Positions 25,230-38,424 of a stretch of 64,000 nt of DNA are shown here, piece by piece. The notes under the pieces are model-generated. The model saw only the letters and a program-made list of their open reading frames with translations, searched no databases and had not been told where the DNA came from. The translations under genes and the position numbers were made by a program. Source of the DNA: Octopus sinensis (lineage: Eukaryota). The DNA is taken from contig NC_043005.1 of NCBI RefSeq assembly GCF_006345805.1, positions 54,374,001-54,438,000 of the forward strand. Reading direction: 5' to 3'. Every line of letters begins with the position of its first letter. The first letter of the stretch is position 1.

Positions 25230-25628
25230 GGAGTGGTTGTGTGGTAAGAAGCTTGATTCTCAAGCACATGGTTCAAGGTTCAGTCCCACTGTATGGCAAC
25301 TTGGGCAAGTGTCTTCTACTATAGCCATAGGCTAACCAAAGCCTTGTGAGTGGATTTGGTAGATGAAAACTGAAAGAAGCTCATTGTGTGTGTGTGTGTG
25401 TGTGTGCGTGTGTCCTTGTCTTTGTATCTGGTCCTGCACCATCACTTGATAACCGATGTTGGTGATTTTACATCCCTGTAACTTGGTTCAGCTAAAAAGA
25501 CTAACAAAATAAGTACTAGTCTTTCAAAGAATAAGTCGTGGGGTCGATTTCCTTGACTAAAAACTTCTTTAAGGTGGTGCTCCAGCATGGCTGTAGTTGA
25601 ATGCCTGAAAAAGTAAAAGAGTAAAAGA
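25230..25628 (+). mobile_element. SINE family A, full length
   Basis: GGAGTGGTTGTGTGGTAAGAAGCTTG..GTAAAAGAGTAAAAGA. Confidence 0.8.
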
Positions 25629-25654
25629 ATATATATGCTTACTTACATAAATAT

Positions 25655-25688
<34 letters not shown>

Positions 25689-26173
25689 CATATACATACA
25701 CATATTTATGAATACATATACACATACATATACACAGAAACATGTGTATAGATGTATATATATTTATATTTATATTTACTTTTTATATACATACACATAC
25801 ATGTATGCATATGTGTATATATAATATATATATGTTTATTTATTTATGAACATATACTGATATATACAAAAGTGGGCATGTATGCTTAGATGCTTGTGTG
25901 TGTGTGTGGTGTGTGTGTGTGTGTGTGTGTGTGCGTGTGTCCTTGTCTTTGTATCTGGTCCTGCACCATCACTTGATAACCGATGTTGGTGATTTTACAT
26001 CCCTGTAACTTGGTTCAGCTAAAAAGACTAACAAAATAAGTACTAGTCTTTCAAAGAATAAGTCGTGGGGTCGATTTCCTTGACTAAAAACTTCTTTAAG
26101 GTGGTGCTCCAGCATGGCTGTAGTTGAATGCCTGAAAAAGTAAAAGAGTAAAAGAATATATATGCTTACTTAC

Positions 26174-26216
<43 letters not shown>

Positions 26217-26425
26217 CATACACATATTTATGAATACATATACACATACATATACACAGAAACATGTGTATAGATGTATATATATTTATATTTATATTTA
26301 CTTTTTATATACATACACATACATGTATGCATATGTGTATATATAATATATATATGTTTATTTATTTATGAACATATACTGATATATACAAAAGTGGGCA
26401 TGTATGCTTAGATGCTTGTGTGTGT
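25384..26425. repeat. Near-identical tandem duplication, period about 522-527 bp, with (TG)n at the junctions
   Basis: GCGTGTGTCCTTGTC at 25406 and 25933; TTAGATGCTTG ends at 25896 and 26418. The differences I saw are in microsatellite length. Confidence 0.9.
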
Positions 26426-27826
26426 GTGTGTGGTGTGTGTGTGTTCAGAAATACTATTAAAAAAATTCTAAGTATATCATTTTTGGTTTAAAACTTTGGA
26501 ATCATTAAAATTCTTTTTTCTTTTTTTAAATCAGTATAGAGAAGAAATCTGAGAAAAACTGGAAAAAAAAAATATTCTCCTGAAGCTGATAGGATGTGTC
26601 TTTAGACTAATGGTTTATAAACTAAAACTACATTAAACCAGTATTTTTTTTTTATATATATATATTTCTGTCTTCAGCTAGAGTGGAGAGAGATTGTGAT
26701 TTGTTGGGCTTTTGTTTTTGTTAAAGGCAAAATTGTTTTTCTGTTAAAGATTATGTTTGTTAAAATCAAAAATCTTTACCAAATTTAATTGTAGAATCAG
26801 AAGCACAACCAGACTTTAGATAAGCCATTGCGTGGTGACAGGGATTTTTCAAGCAACATTTAGGAACAATTTTTTTTCTTCTTCCCCTTTTTATTTTTAT
26901 TTTTATAGCATTATTCTATTTTGCTTTTTACCAAAAAAATAATCTCATTTGACGGAGGAAAAATAAAAAAATTCTACAATTCCAGTAACCAGAGAATGGG
27001 GGTGGGGGGAGACGAAAACACTAATACGCCAAGACAAACATAAGCTTACACAAATACATGCACAATCGCACATATAGTTTCACAAATACACATTTTATAG
27101 ACAACAACAACAAACAAAAAAACACATGTACACAAATGTACAAATATATATATAAAGACATACATACATACGCATACACATAAATATATATATATACACT
27201 CACACATTCATACATACATATATACATATATACATATAGATATGTATACCTGTGTGTGTGTATATATATATGTATATGTATGTATGTATATATATAGAGA
27301 GAGAGAGAGACAGACAGACAGAGGAATATATGTATGTATATATGTATGCATGTATATATGTATGTATGTATGTAGTATGTATGTATGTATGTATGCCATC
27401 ATATTATAAACACATCAAACACATCGCAAGTAACATAGATTTAGATTAAACACAATTCCAAGTTTAGATATTTAGAATTGCTTTTTATTTAATTTACTAT
27501 ATTTATTTATGTTCTGTTTTTGTTTTCCTCAACTTATTTCTATTTTATTCTTCCCTAATGATTATTCTTATACTCTATTAAAACAGGTTTATATAGAATT
27601 TACTAGACAAATAATAATGCCAAAATAACAAAATTAACTTTTTTTTTTACTTTGCAAGAAGTTTTAGTTAAACTATAATGTAAAGAAAGGTTTACTTTAT
27701 TAAAAATGAAAGAAATCAATTATAAATTTTGAGGACAAAATTTGTACAGATATATATATATATATTTGTGTGTGTGTGTGTGTGGTGTGCAGCATGTGTG
27801 CATACGTGTATGTTATATATATATAT

Positions 27827-27857
<31 letters not shown>

Positions 27858-28497
27858 TAGATAGATATAGATATAGGTAGATAGATGGATAAACAGCTAG
27901 ATACATTCATATATACATATATATATATATATATATATCCTAGAAACAGGTGTAAGACCTTCTATCTATGAATGCTGTAATATCTATACATCCTTGGTTT
28001 TTTATCTCATTACGCAAAAAATTCATATATATATATATGTGTGTTTATATATAAAATAAAATATATGTGTGTATGTATATATGTATCTATTTGTGGGTAG
28101 AAATAGAAATCTGTGCAGGTATAGTTAGGGGAAGAAGGGAGCTTGTGGTATGTCGAGATTGCTTGAATATATAAGAATTAAAACCGGAAGATGTAGGTTC
28201 AAATCTCAGTCAGCTATAATTTTGCATTTTCTTTAAACAAACCTCATACATTGCCCAACGACTTTCTCCAACTCCCTCTCTTTCCCTTATTTCTGATAGC
28301 GTAATCAGTCGAAGAATTATAGAAAAAATGCTTCCACGTGGAGAAGCAGAGTCTAGACTCAAGGTTTCTGAAAGTAAATAGAATCAATGACAATTTTAAT
28401 GCAAGAGATGCAGCAGGGTCACATGATAGTCGATGGACTTCATATATATTGCGAACTCAGTAAAAACAGTAAAAGTATCTTCATCATTATCATCATC

Positions 28498-28875
28498 TTT
28501 ATTACCCTCCACCTTAGCGAAGGTGGAGGTATTGTTTTCATTTGTGTTCGTTTGCTTGTTCTTGGACAAGATATCTCAAGAACCGCTGGATGGATTCAGA
28601 TGAAACTTTCAGAGATGTTTGGCCTCACAACTGGCACAAACTCATTAGATTTTGGGATTGATCTGGTACTGGACAAGCATTCTGGATTATTTTTCTTGTT
28701 TATTTTTTTTTTACTTAACTTTTGAGAGTGGTCAGGTTCATTTTTAGCATTCTTGTTTGTGAGAGCAGTCGAGTTTATTTCAGATATTCTCATTTCAAAA
28801 ATTATCTCCAATTAATCATTGAGAGGACATTGATGTTGCCTTGGTAAGGTTCGTGCTCTCTGAGTGCTCTTGTCA
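28498..28875 (+). mobile_element. Helentron-associated (HINE/DINE-1-like) non-autonomous element
   Basis: 5' TTATTACCCTCCACCTT-AGCG-AAGGTGGAGG perfect 10-bp hairpin; GGATGGATTCAGATGAAACTTT core; 3' GCCTTGGTAAGG followed by the small hairpin GTGCTC-TCT-GAGTGC. Confidence 0.6.
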
Positions 28876-29044
28876 TTGTTTTAACATTTACATTTTCTTG
28901 CTTTGAGTTGGACAGGATCTTGTCAATAAGGTGGATATTTTTGTCACCACCCTTCATTTGTTTCCAAGTAAGGTAATATTTCTCCATAACCAGGGAATGG
29001 AAAACACTGCTTGCATGATGGTGACATTTGCTTACAGTAATCAC

Positions 29045-29290
29045 ATAATGTCAAGACAAGGAGACAGTAAAAAAAAATTACTTTCTCAAGCCATGCCAAC
29101 TTATAAGGGCTGGTTTCCTGGTTTCATGGCATATATATTTCCTAACTGGAATTTTTGCTAGTTGAGGGACGGGAGCAACATGAAATGAAGTGTTTTGTTC
29201 AAGAACACATTGCTCTGCCCAGTCCGGGAATCAAAACTACTGTCTTACAATCAAGCATCCAATACCCTAACCACCAAACTACAAGTCTTC
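29045..29290 (-). mobile_element. SINE family C, diverged
   Basis: TTTCCTGGTTTCATGGC..GAAATGAAGTGTTTTGTTCAAGAACAC..CTAACCAC matches 49100-49320. Confidence 0.6.
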
Positions 29291-29311
29291 ACTCAAGGAG
29301 ACAGTAACAAA

Positions 29312-29349
<38 letters not shown>

Positions 29350-29351
<2 letters not shown>

Positions 29352-29500
29352 TGATGAGCTTTTTTCAGTGTCCATCTAACAAATTCACTCACAAGGCTTT
29401 GGTCAGCCTGAGGCTATAGTAGAAGACACTTTCCTTAGGTTCCACACAGTGGGATTGAACCAGAAATCTATGTGTTTGAGAAGCAAACTTCTTACCTCAC
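29350..29500 (-). mobile_element. SINE family A head half
   Basis: CCATCTAACAAATTCACTCACAAGGCTTTGGTCAGCC..CAGTGGGATTGAAC. Confidence 0.7.
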
Positions 29501-30394
29501 ACACACACACATCTGTACCTATAAAACCTGTACCTGTAAAAGCAATCATAGTATAAATTCTTTTAAATGCCTTTATGTCCCTCTTGGAGCAGTTATCAGG
29601 TTCTGTGACCTGGATGATTTAATCAGCCATGGAGATGGATGCTCAAACACTACAACAACAACATTAAGCTCCACGTGGGGAAAATCTCAGTGAGCTGTTA
29701 CCTCTGCTGACAACAAAGGGATTCTTTTTCTAGACATGATTGTGTGGTAAGAAGCTTGTGGTCTTCTATCTCAAGGGAGGGGCTGTAGACAACTTTGTAG
29801 AAAGTTTTCTTGAAGGTCGGTTACTGATGGACCCAACCTGTATTGATAGTCCAGATTGGCCTCCTCTGGTAGCCGCACTGGTAATGGAAGAAAGTGATTT
29901 TTTCCAAAAAATGGATTCCTTTTCGAAGGAGAATTATAATTATCTCTTCTGGGTCCCCAACTTGCTGCTGCGGGATTGCCTGTGGGCGGCAAGAGATTTT
30001 ATCGGGGACGATTGATAAGAAGCTTAGCGTCTCAATTTATGTAAGAGGTTCATTACGTCATTTGTGTGTGTTTTTTTTGTTTTTTAAATAAAAAAGAAAA
30101 AAGAAAAAAGAACAGTGTGTGTGTATCTTTTATCTTTTACTTCTTTCAGTCATTGGACTGTGACCATGTTAGGATATTGTCTTAAAGGGCATTTTAGTCA
30201 AATGACTCTCCCCAGACACAACAGAATCAACCCAGTATTTAAATTTTAAAACCTAGTACTTATTCCATCAGTCTCTCACACCAAACTGCTAAATTACTTG
30301 AATGTAAACAAACCAGGATTGCTTATCAAGCAGTGAGGAACTAACACCAACACACACAGAAGAAGAAGACAAATAAAATTCTTTAACACACCTT

Positions 30395-30768
30395 TAAGTT
30401 ACAAATGTTTCTGTTCCATCTCTATTTGTAATGCTAGTTTACGCAAAAATTCTGAACGAAAGATCATGTAATATTTGTGGCCTTAGACATTAGTGAGGCA
30501 CTTTATCAGACTTGCCTCTAAGATGTGCTATTACATTGTTCGTCCTTCAGACAATGTTGTTAGGAAAATATCGGGAGAAAATAAATAAGTACCTTTTTTA
30601 CTTCCTCCCGATATTCTCCTAACAAGGTCTGAAGGACACAAATCGTAATAGCACATCTTTGATGCAAGTCTAATTAAGTTCTTCTCCAATGTTTAAAACC
30701 ACAAATATTATGTGATTTTTGACTTTGAATTTTCACGTAAACTGGTGTTACAAAACATTTGTAACTTA
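30395..30768. mobile_element. Fold-back MITE, about 175-bp imperfect inverted arms
   Basis: TAAGTTACAAATGTTT / AAACATTTGTAACTTA termini. Internal arm matches include GATGTGCTATTAC/GTAATAGCACATC and GTCCTTCAGAC/GTCTGAAGGAC; short central spacer; TA at both ends. Confidence 0.85.
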
Positions 30769-30776
30769 TAATTATA

Positions 30777-31203
30777 GGCGTAGGAGTGGCTGTGTGGTAA
30801 GTAGCTTGCTTACGAACCACATGGTTCCAGGTTCAGTCCCACTGTGTGGCACCTTGGGTAAGTGTCTTCTACTATAGCCTTGGGCTGACCAAAGCATTGT
30901 GAGTGGATTTGGTAGACGGAAACTGAAAGAAGCCCGGGCTTATATATGTATATATATATGTATGTGTGTATATATGTTTGTGCGTCTGTGTTTGTCGCCC
31001 CCCCCCCCCTCAACATCACTTGACAACCAATGCTGGTGTGTTTACATCCCCATAGCTTAGCGGTTCGACAAAAGAGACCAATAGAATAAGTACTAGGTTT
31101 ACAAAGAATAAGTCCTGGGGTCAATTTGCTCAACTAAAGATGGTGCTCCAGCATGGCCACAGTCAAATGGCTGAAACAAGTAAAAGAGTAAAAGAGTAAA
31201 GAT
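30777..31203 (+). mobile_element. SINE family A, full length
   Basis: GGCGTAGGAGTGGCTGTGTGGTAAGTAGC to (GTAAAAGA)n. Confidence 0.9.
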
Positions 31204-32075
31204 ATTTTAAAGAATTTTCTTTGTCTTATTCTTCTTTTCATCGGATTATTTACTCTTTGCCAAACCCATTTGATGGTATAAACATTGTGAAACTTGGATT
31301 TTCTACACCTGAAGAATTCCATCTTTGGCTTGGAACTGACACTGCTGATAGCCCAGTATTTGGGTCAAGCACTTCTCTGGAGATACCCCAACTTCCCACT
31401 TTAGCACATATATATATATATATATATAACAGGCTTCTTTCAGTTTCCATCTATCAAATCTGTTCACAAGGCTTTAGTCAACCCAGGCTTATAAATACTG
31501 AACTGACTTTTCTTAACATATCATATTACATCTAAGGCTTCTTTCTTTCTACCTTCCCTCTCCCAATATTTCGTCAGAATCCTTTATTGATACTGAAATT
31601 TAAGTTCTTGTTTGATCTCTGTGCAAGTGAGTTGCCTAGAAAAAATTATATTATCGTAAGCTTTTGGACATATTTGGTATCACAATTGATTCAATATGGA
31701 CCAACCAATTAGTATATTGTAACATTAAACGATTATACTCAAAGAAGCTTATGTAATAGAAAAATTTTGGCTTTTCGAATGATGTAATCCTATATAAAAG
31801 ATTTATTTTCCATTCTAGTTAATGTCTTATATTTTCACAAACACATACATATATATATATATAATATATATACATACATATATACATATATATATGTATG
31901 AAATATATACAACAGGCTTCTTCAGATGATGAAAATACCTAAATTAAGTGGCTTAAATTCATTAAGAAGTTTTTAATACTTAGATAATGAGTTAGCGCAA
32001 ATTTTAGAATATCGGTCAAAATATCATAATTTGTTACATATAAAAGACTACTCTGTGTGAGTATTTAGTGTACAG

Positions 32076-32154
32076 AATACTCCTTTTCGATACAGTCCCT
32101 TAAACTATATCATTGATTGCAAACAAGTAGAAAATATCATGCTGAGGAGGTTTG
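32076..32154 (+). CDS. Candidate internal exon (79 nt; NTPFRYSPLNYIIDCKQVENIMLRRF), unassigned
   Basis: TACAG acceptor (weak tract), TTG|GTAAGA donor, open frame. No homology recognised. Confidence 0.2.
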
Positions 32155-32419
32155 GTAAGACAGAAATATGTTCTCTGCTTTCATCATTTGGCTTTAAATA
32201 TCAGATCTACTCCTTTCTGCACTGTCTTTATTCACCATAAAATTATTTGGCTGATGTTATTCAAGTCATCTCACTTGTTTTGAGTTTTTCATTTTTTTTT
32301 TTGTCAGATTTCAAACAGGCTTTGAGGAAGTCTTTGTCTACTAATTGCATGGATAATTTTAGTTAAGTGAAATTTTCATTTTTCTTTTCTAGCTTGCCAC
32401 ATTATATACCTTGTATTTT

Positions 32420-33239
32420 TTTTTCTCTAATTTGTTTCCGTCGTTGGACTGTAATAATGCTGAGCAACTGCCTTCAAGAATTCTTAGTTGGAAGGACCAA
32501 TCACCAGTTCATATTTTTTAAAGCCTAGTACTTTATTCTATTGGTCTCTTTTGCGGAACCACTAAGTTATAAGGATGTAAACACACTAACACCAGTTGTC
32601 AAGCAGTGGTAAGGGACAAACCCAGACACAAAGACACACATGCACACATGGATATATATATGATGGGCTTCTCTCAGTTTCCATCTAACAAATCCATTTA
32701 CAAGCCTTTGATCAATCTGAGGTTATAGCAGAAAATGCCCACGGTGTCATGCAGTGGGACTGAAACTAGAACCATGTGGTCAGGAGGTAAACTTCTTAAC
32801 CACACAACCACATGCTATGAGATCTGATCATATAAATATCTCTTTACTCTTTTTACTCTTTTACTTGTTTCAGTCATTTCACTGTGGCCATGCTGGAGCA
32901 CCACCTTTTAGTCGAGAAAATCGACCCCAGGACTTATTCTTTGTAAGCCTAGTACTTATTCTATCATTCTCTTTTGCTAAACCGCTAAGTTACGGAGACA
33001 TAAACACACCAGCATCGGTTGTCAAGCGATCGTGGGGGGACAAACACAAACACATACATATATATATACATATATACGACAGGCTTCTTTCAGTTTCCGT
33101 CTACCAAATCCACTCACAAGGCTTTGGTCAGCCCGAAGCTATAGTAGAAGGCACTAGCCCAAGGTGTCATGCAGTGGGACTGAACCCAGAAACATGTGGT
33201 TAGTAAGCAAGCTACTTACCACACAGCCACTCCTACACC
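32420..33239 (-). mobile_element. Two tandem SINE family A copies (about 32420-32815 old; 32841-33239 younger)
   Basis: Reverse-complement matches to 30777-31203. Confidence 0.85.
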
Positions 33240-33955
33240 TAAATCTCACAGTATTTAATAACCTTCCTAAACATCTTGTGTTCAAACCCTAGTAAGAACA
33301 GGAGCTGACTTTGCTCTTTTATTCTTCCTGGGTCTATAAAACAAAAAAATAAAAATAAAATAAAAATAAAATAAATATCAATCACACAGCGAGGTTTACT
33401 CCAGCTTTACTCCATTTCTACTTTTCCCCTCTCTTGTAAATTTATGGCCTTGTGCCAATGTAACAAACAATTATTTTTCATTGAGATAATATCTCATATT
33501 TAGTTTCTTACCAAATAAATAATTATCTCTTGGTTCCTCCTGATAACCTTTAGCTTCATTTGCTTCATTATCTTGTTTCTTTTCCAGTTCCATCTATCAG
33601 TGATCAAAGAATTTGCTCTAAAGTTTATTTCCTTATTTTTAGTTATTTTTATTCACTTTTTCATTTTCTCCCATTCACTTCCTTGTTTTTGTTGTTGTTG
33701 TTTTTTAAATTCTATATCTGTGCTTTTTTTTTATGATGTTAGTTTTCCCTATTTATTATTATCATTATTATTATTTTCTTTTCTTTTCTTTTTTTTTTGT
33801 TCAGTTGTAAAACTTTTTGACAAATTAGAAATGGTTGCCTTGCAGAAATGAGGTGCTTAGATTTACATTTAATATTCAGTTATTATTTTCAACTGAAATG
33901 TTGCATTTATCTGAATATATATATACACCGAAGGCATACATATATTTGTGTGTGT

Positions 33956-33990
<35 letters not shown>

Positions 33991-34309
33991 ATGTATGTAT
34001 GTATGTATGTATGTATGTATGTATGTATGTATGTATGTATGTATGTATGACTGGATGGCCATAGATGGAATAACTTTGATTATAGAGCTGTTCAATCAAA
34101 GTTGCTCTGTAGCTTTAAACATCTTCAATATGAACATCATCACTACCAATGCCATCAACGTCTGCAGGGGAGCTGCAACATGGTCATTCAACATGCTTGA
34201 AATAGCAGCTAATTTCCATTCAAACCAACCATACCCTACTCTTAATTCAGTCATCTATAAAGTTTGGACTTCTACCTACATGTATGTATGTATGTATGTA
34301 TGTGTTGTA

Positions 34310-34348
<39 letters not shown>

Positions 34349-34353
34349 ACGCG

Positions 34354-34403
<50 letters not shown>

Positions 34404-35009
34404 TTTGCCTCATAATTAGACTTGGAAAGCTTTTTTTTCAATGGTTCAAGGCTAAACAAGATTTTTAATGCAAGACCAACAGTTACTCATGCATGTCTTC
34501 TCTCCCCATGCTACTGATGTCGTTCAAAGGAAAGGCAATGCCTAAAATAGCTTGGTGCCAAAATAATCACAGATATTCCCTTCAAAATAAAAAGACCCAG
34601 AGTAGAAGCCGCAAAGCATCTCATCTGAAATTCTGCCAAATTCCTCCAGTCTATTGTTCTGGTTTGATATTACATTTTTTGATCTTAAAGAATTGAACGG
34701 TAAAGCTGACATCAATGAGATTTGAACTCAGAGTGGAGAGGGCTGTAACAAATATCACAATGCTTTAATAACTCTACCAATTTGCTGCATTGTATACGTA
34801 TAACACCAGAATTAAAGTTTAAGAGAAATTTGGCTGCTATTTCTAGTAACAGAAATAGACAATTTTTGGGCTCCTTTATTTACTTGTATTAAAACATGTT
34901 CAAACATATTGGCAGAATATGGACCTCAAAACCAAACTTTCACAACTTTTTACTCAAATTTCTTATCTACTTCATAATGGACTTTTAAAAGCTGAACAGT
35001 CACCAAAGA

Positions 35010-35071
<62 letters not shown>

Positions 35072-35448
35072 AATAATAATAATAACTGTAATCATTCAAA
35101 ACATGCACTGTCATGTGTAAGAGGGGAGCCAATTCAAAAATTACAAAGAAATTAGAGATATTTTCTAGACAGCCTGAAGTATCGTGCACCATTAGAGAGA
35201 ATTGTTAAAAATACAAAATGTCCAGTTCTTGGAGAAGAGCAGAAAAAGGAGAAGAGCAAAACCAACTCCTGAAATGAATTCAAAATATCTGGGAATTGAA
35301 ATGGTTAAACTAACAAAACTTGTGCCAGTCAAGCAGATATGGCAGACAGAGGGAGTAATTCTAAATATCATTAAACAGAAAATAAAGTCGTATGTTTAAA
35401 GATCAAACTATAATACATTTTCTTTTTCATCTTATTCACTCATTTCAG

Positions 35449-35531
35449 TGAGGGGAGGTTCCAGAAGTTAACTAGTGCTCCATTCATCAACAGATTTGTT
35501 GCACAAAATTTCAAAAACAGAGAATGCAATG
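35449..35531 (+). CDS. Candidate internal exon (83 nt, phase 2-1; EGRFQKLTSAPFINRFVAQNFKNRECN), unassigned
   Basis: Long pyrimidine tract TTTTCTTTTTCATCTTATTCACTCATTTCAG, donor ATG|GTAAGA, only one frame open. No homology recognised. Confidence 0.3.
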
Positions 35532-36208
35532 GTAAGAAATTAATACAGTTCTCAAGAATTTTGGTTAATATAGGCTAAGTAATGAGACTAACACCAGAAG
35601 TTGTAAAATAGGCTAATTTTGTAGGATTCTTTTTTTATTCTTATATTGCAGGCAAACAAATTAAATATCGAAGGTAATATGGAGTTGATTCAATCAACTT
35701 TATGGTGAAGAAACAATAAATAAAAGTTTTTATCTATGAAAGGAATTAAGTTATATTATCTGCACAGCCACTCTTCATATATTTGGTATATTTTACACGA
35801 ACATGATTGCAAATGTGTGTGAGAGTGTGTGTGTATGTGTGAGAGTGTGTGTGTGTGTGTATTTGTGTATATGTGTGTCTGTGTGTGTTCACATGTGTGT
35901 ATGCACGTGTGTGCATGTGTGTATGTGTGTGTACACATATATATACATATGTATATATATATATTTATGTGTATGTGTATGTGTATATATATATATATAT
36001 ATTTATGTGTATGTATATGTGTATGTGTATATATATGTATATACATATGTGTATGTATATGTGTGTATGTGTATATATATGTATATACATATGTATATAT
36101 ATATATATATATATATATGTTTATATATAGATAGATAGATAGATAGATATATGTACATACATATATGTATGTAGATATATATATATATTATATATATATA
36201 CATATACA

Positions 36209-36355
36209 GACGCAGGCATGGCTGTGTGGTAAGAAGCTTGTTCCAGGTTCAGTTCCACTGCATGCACCTTGAGCAAGTGTCTTCTATTATAGCCTTGAGC
36301 CAACTAAAGACTTGTGAGTAGATTTGTTAGATGGAAACTGAAAGAAGCCCATCTT
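36209..36355 (+). mobile_element. SINE family A head half
   Basis: GCAGGCATGGCTGTGTGGTAAGAAGCTTG..GAAACTGAAAGAAGCCC. Confidence 0.75.
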
Positions 36356-36369
36356 ATATATATATATAT

Positions 36370-36530
36370 ATATATATATATCATCATCATCATCATCATC
36401 GTTTAGCGTCCGTTTTCCATGCTAGCATGGGTTGGACGGTTCTACTGGGGTCTGTGAAGCCAGAAGGCTTCATCAGACCCAGTCAAATCTGGCAGTGTTT
36501 CTACGGCTGGATGCCCTTCCTAACGCCAAA
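36370..36530 (-). mobile_element. Family G retroelement 3' end
   Basis: (CAT)n CGTTTAGCGTCCGTTTTCCATGCTAGCATGGGTTGGACGG..CCTAACGCCAA. Confidence 0.8.
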
Positions 36531-36622
36531 TGCCCTTCCTATATATATATATTGTTCTGTGCGTGGCTATGTTTGAGCATACAAGCAGAAAGTAAAAACA
36601 GGATTCAATATGTTGGTTAAAG

Positions 36623-36929
36623 CAGTGGTTCCCAATGTGGGGAGTATTGCCCCACTGGGGGTGGTGGAAAGTTCCAAGGGGGCGTTGAAGAAAACTGGGA
36701 CGATAATAAGGGAGTAGTTCAAGTAGAAATGGCATGATAATGGGGTTGTGTTTCATGTAAAAACCATAAAATATTGGGTTCATTAGGTTGAGTTTTATTT
36801 GTGAAATATAATTGCTTTGAATTTGCTTTAGAAAGAAGTCTATGTTTGTGATGGTTAGTTGGGGTGAGGAGCTAAGAATGTGGTTCGGGTGTCAAGGGGG
36901 CAGCAGTCCCAAAAAGTTTGGGAACATCA
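36623..36929. mobile_element. hAT-type MITE
   Basis: Left TIR CAGTGGTTCCCAA, degenerate right TIR TTGGGAACATCA; perfect 8-bp TSD GGTTAAAG at 36615-36622 and 36930-36937. Confidence 0.85.
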
Positions 36930-38219
36930 GGTTAAAGCAATATTGCTTTAAACCTTTGCACTAACTCTGACCGCTTGCAATTAAACGAACTTATTCTAAA
37001 TTGCATTGGTGGTATGCAAATGTGTGTGTGTATGTGTGTGTAAAGAAGTGAGAGAGAGAGAGAATCTTTGATTTTAACTTAAATGCTTTTTAATAGCAGC
37101 CTTTTAGCCTACTGAGAAATACCAGTAGAAATTTCTAGAATAATTCCATGTTCATTTTATAGGCAAACTATACTAGGTAGCGTATTATTTTATATCATAC
37201 ACAGCAATGTTTTTGAACTACTAATTCCTTATAATTGATGACCTGATAGCTAGTTCTAAGATTCCAATATATGACTATTGTTTTTGAAAATTTGGTGACA
37301 ATTTACCACCTCATAAATTTGGCAAAATTTTTCAAGAAAGAGAAGGAAAAAAATAATTTTATTTACAAGATTTTGTTCTCCATAATTACAAAATATCATA
37401 TGGTTTCTTGCAACATTTGGCTGACATTTATGTCCAAAATAAGGAAAGATGTGAGGAATTATGAACTGACAAAATTACCAAAGAGAAGTGCAATAAACTA
37501 GAGACCTGTTAAAATCAAATGGTAAACAAAACTTAGAACTATTCAAAATAGATATCAATAATAAGAGAAATTTGACATTTTGAACTCGAGTTCGTAACAG
37601 ATCTGCATTCTTTGTTGTGGTTTCCACAATCCATGATTTAGTTCAATATTGTAAAACAGATTTAACCACAATAAAATTCAAATAAAATTTTAAATTAATT
37701 CTCAAAGAAACAAGTTAACATAGATAATTGGGCCAGTCACACTTGACTGAATAAATTACATGTCTATACTTCATAACCTGATATCAGCACAATGGTATGT
37801 TCTTCAATGATATTGGTGATATTTAATTAACCACAAAACCATATACATATAGAAAGAGAAAGCAAGAAGAAACAAAGAAAGGGTGAAAGAAGGAGAAGAT
37901 TGGTAAATGCTTCTCTCTATTAATCATTACAGGATCTCTGATGATATTTCTTTGGTTGATAGAAATTTTCCAGTTTTTAGTCCATTTTTTCTTCTCAGAT
38001 TTAACTTTTTCTGAAGTTCTTTCTTGCAGTAAGAGCAGTTGTCAAATGGAATTTGTTAAGGCATATTTCCTACAGCTGGATGACCTTCCTGTTACCAACC
38101 CTCCTATTTCCAAGCAAGGTAATATTTCCCCATGGCCAGTTCAGCTTTTCATGGAAGACTGGAAATGAATTACATCAGATGTGTGTAAATATATGCACAG
38201 GAATAGCTATGTGGATATA

Positions 38220-38387
38220 GGCACAGGTGCATGGCTGTGTGGTAAAAAGCTTGCCAACCACATGGTTCCAGGTTCAGTCCTACTACATGGCACCTTCAGC
38301 AAGTGTCTTCCATTATAGTCTCTGGCCAACCAAAGCCTTTTGAGTTGATTTGGTAAAGAAACTGAAAGAAGCCCATCATATATATAT
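38220..38387 (+). mobile_element. SINE family A head half
   Basis: GCATGGCTGTGTGGTAAAAAGCTTG..GAAACTGAAAGAAGCCC. Confidence 0.75.
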
Positions 38388-38391
38388 ATGA

Positions 38392-38420
<29 letters not shown>

Positions 38421-38424
<4 letters not shown>

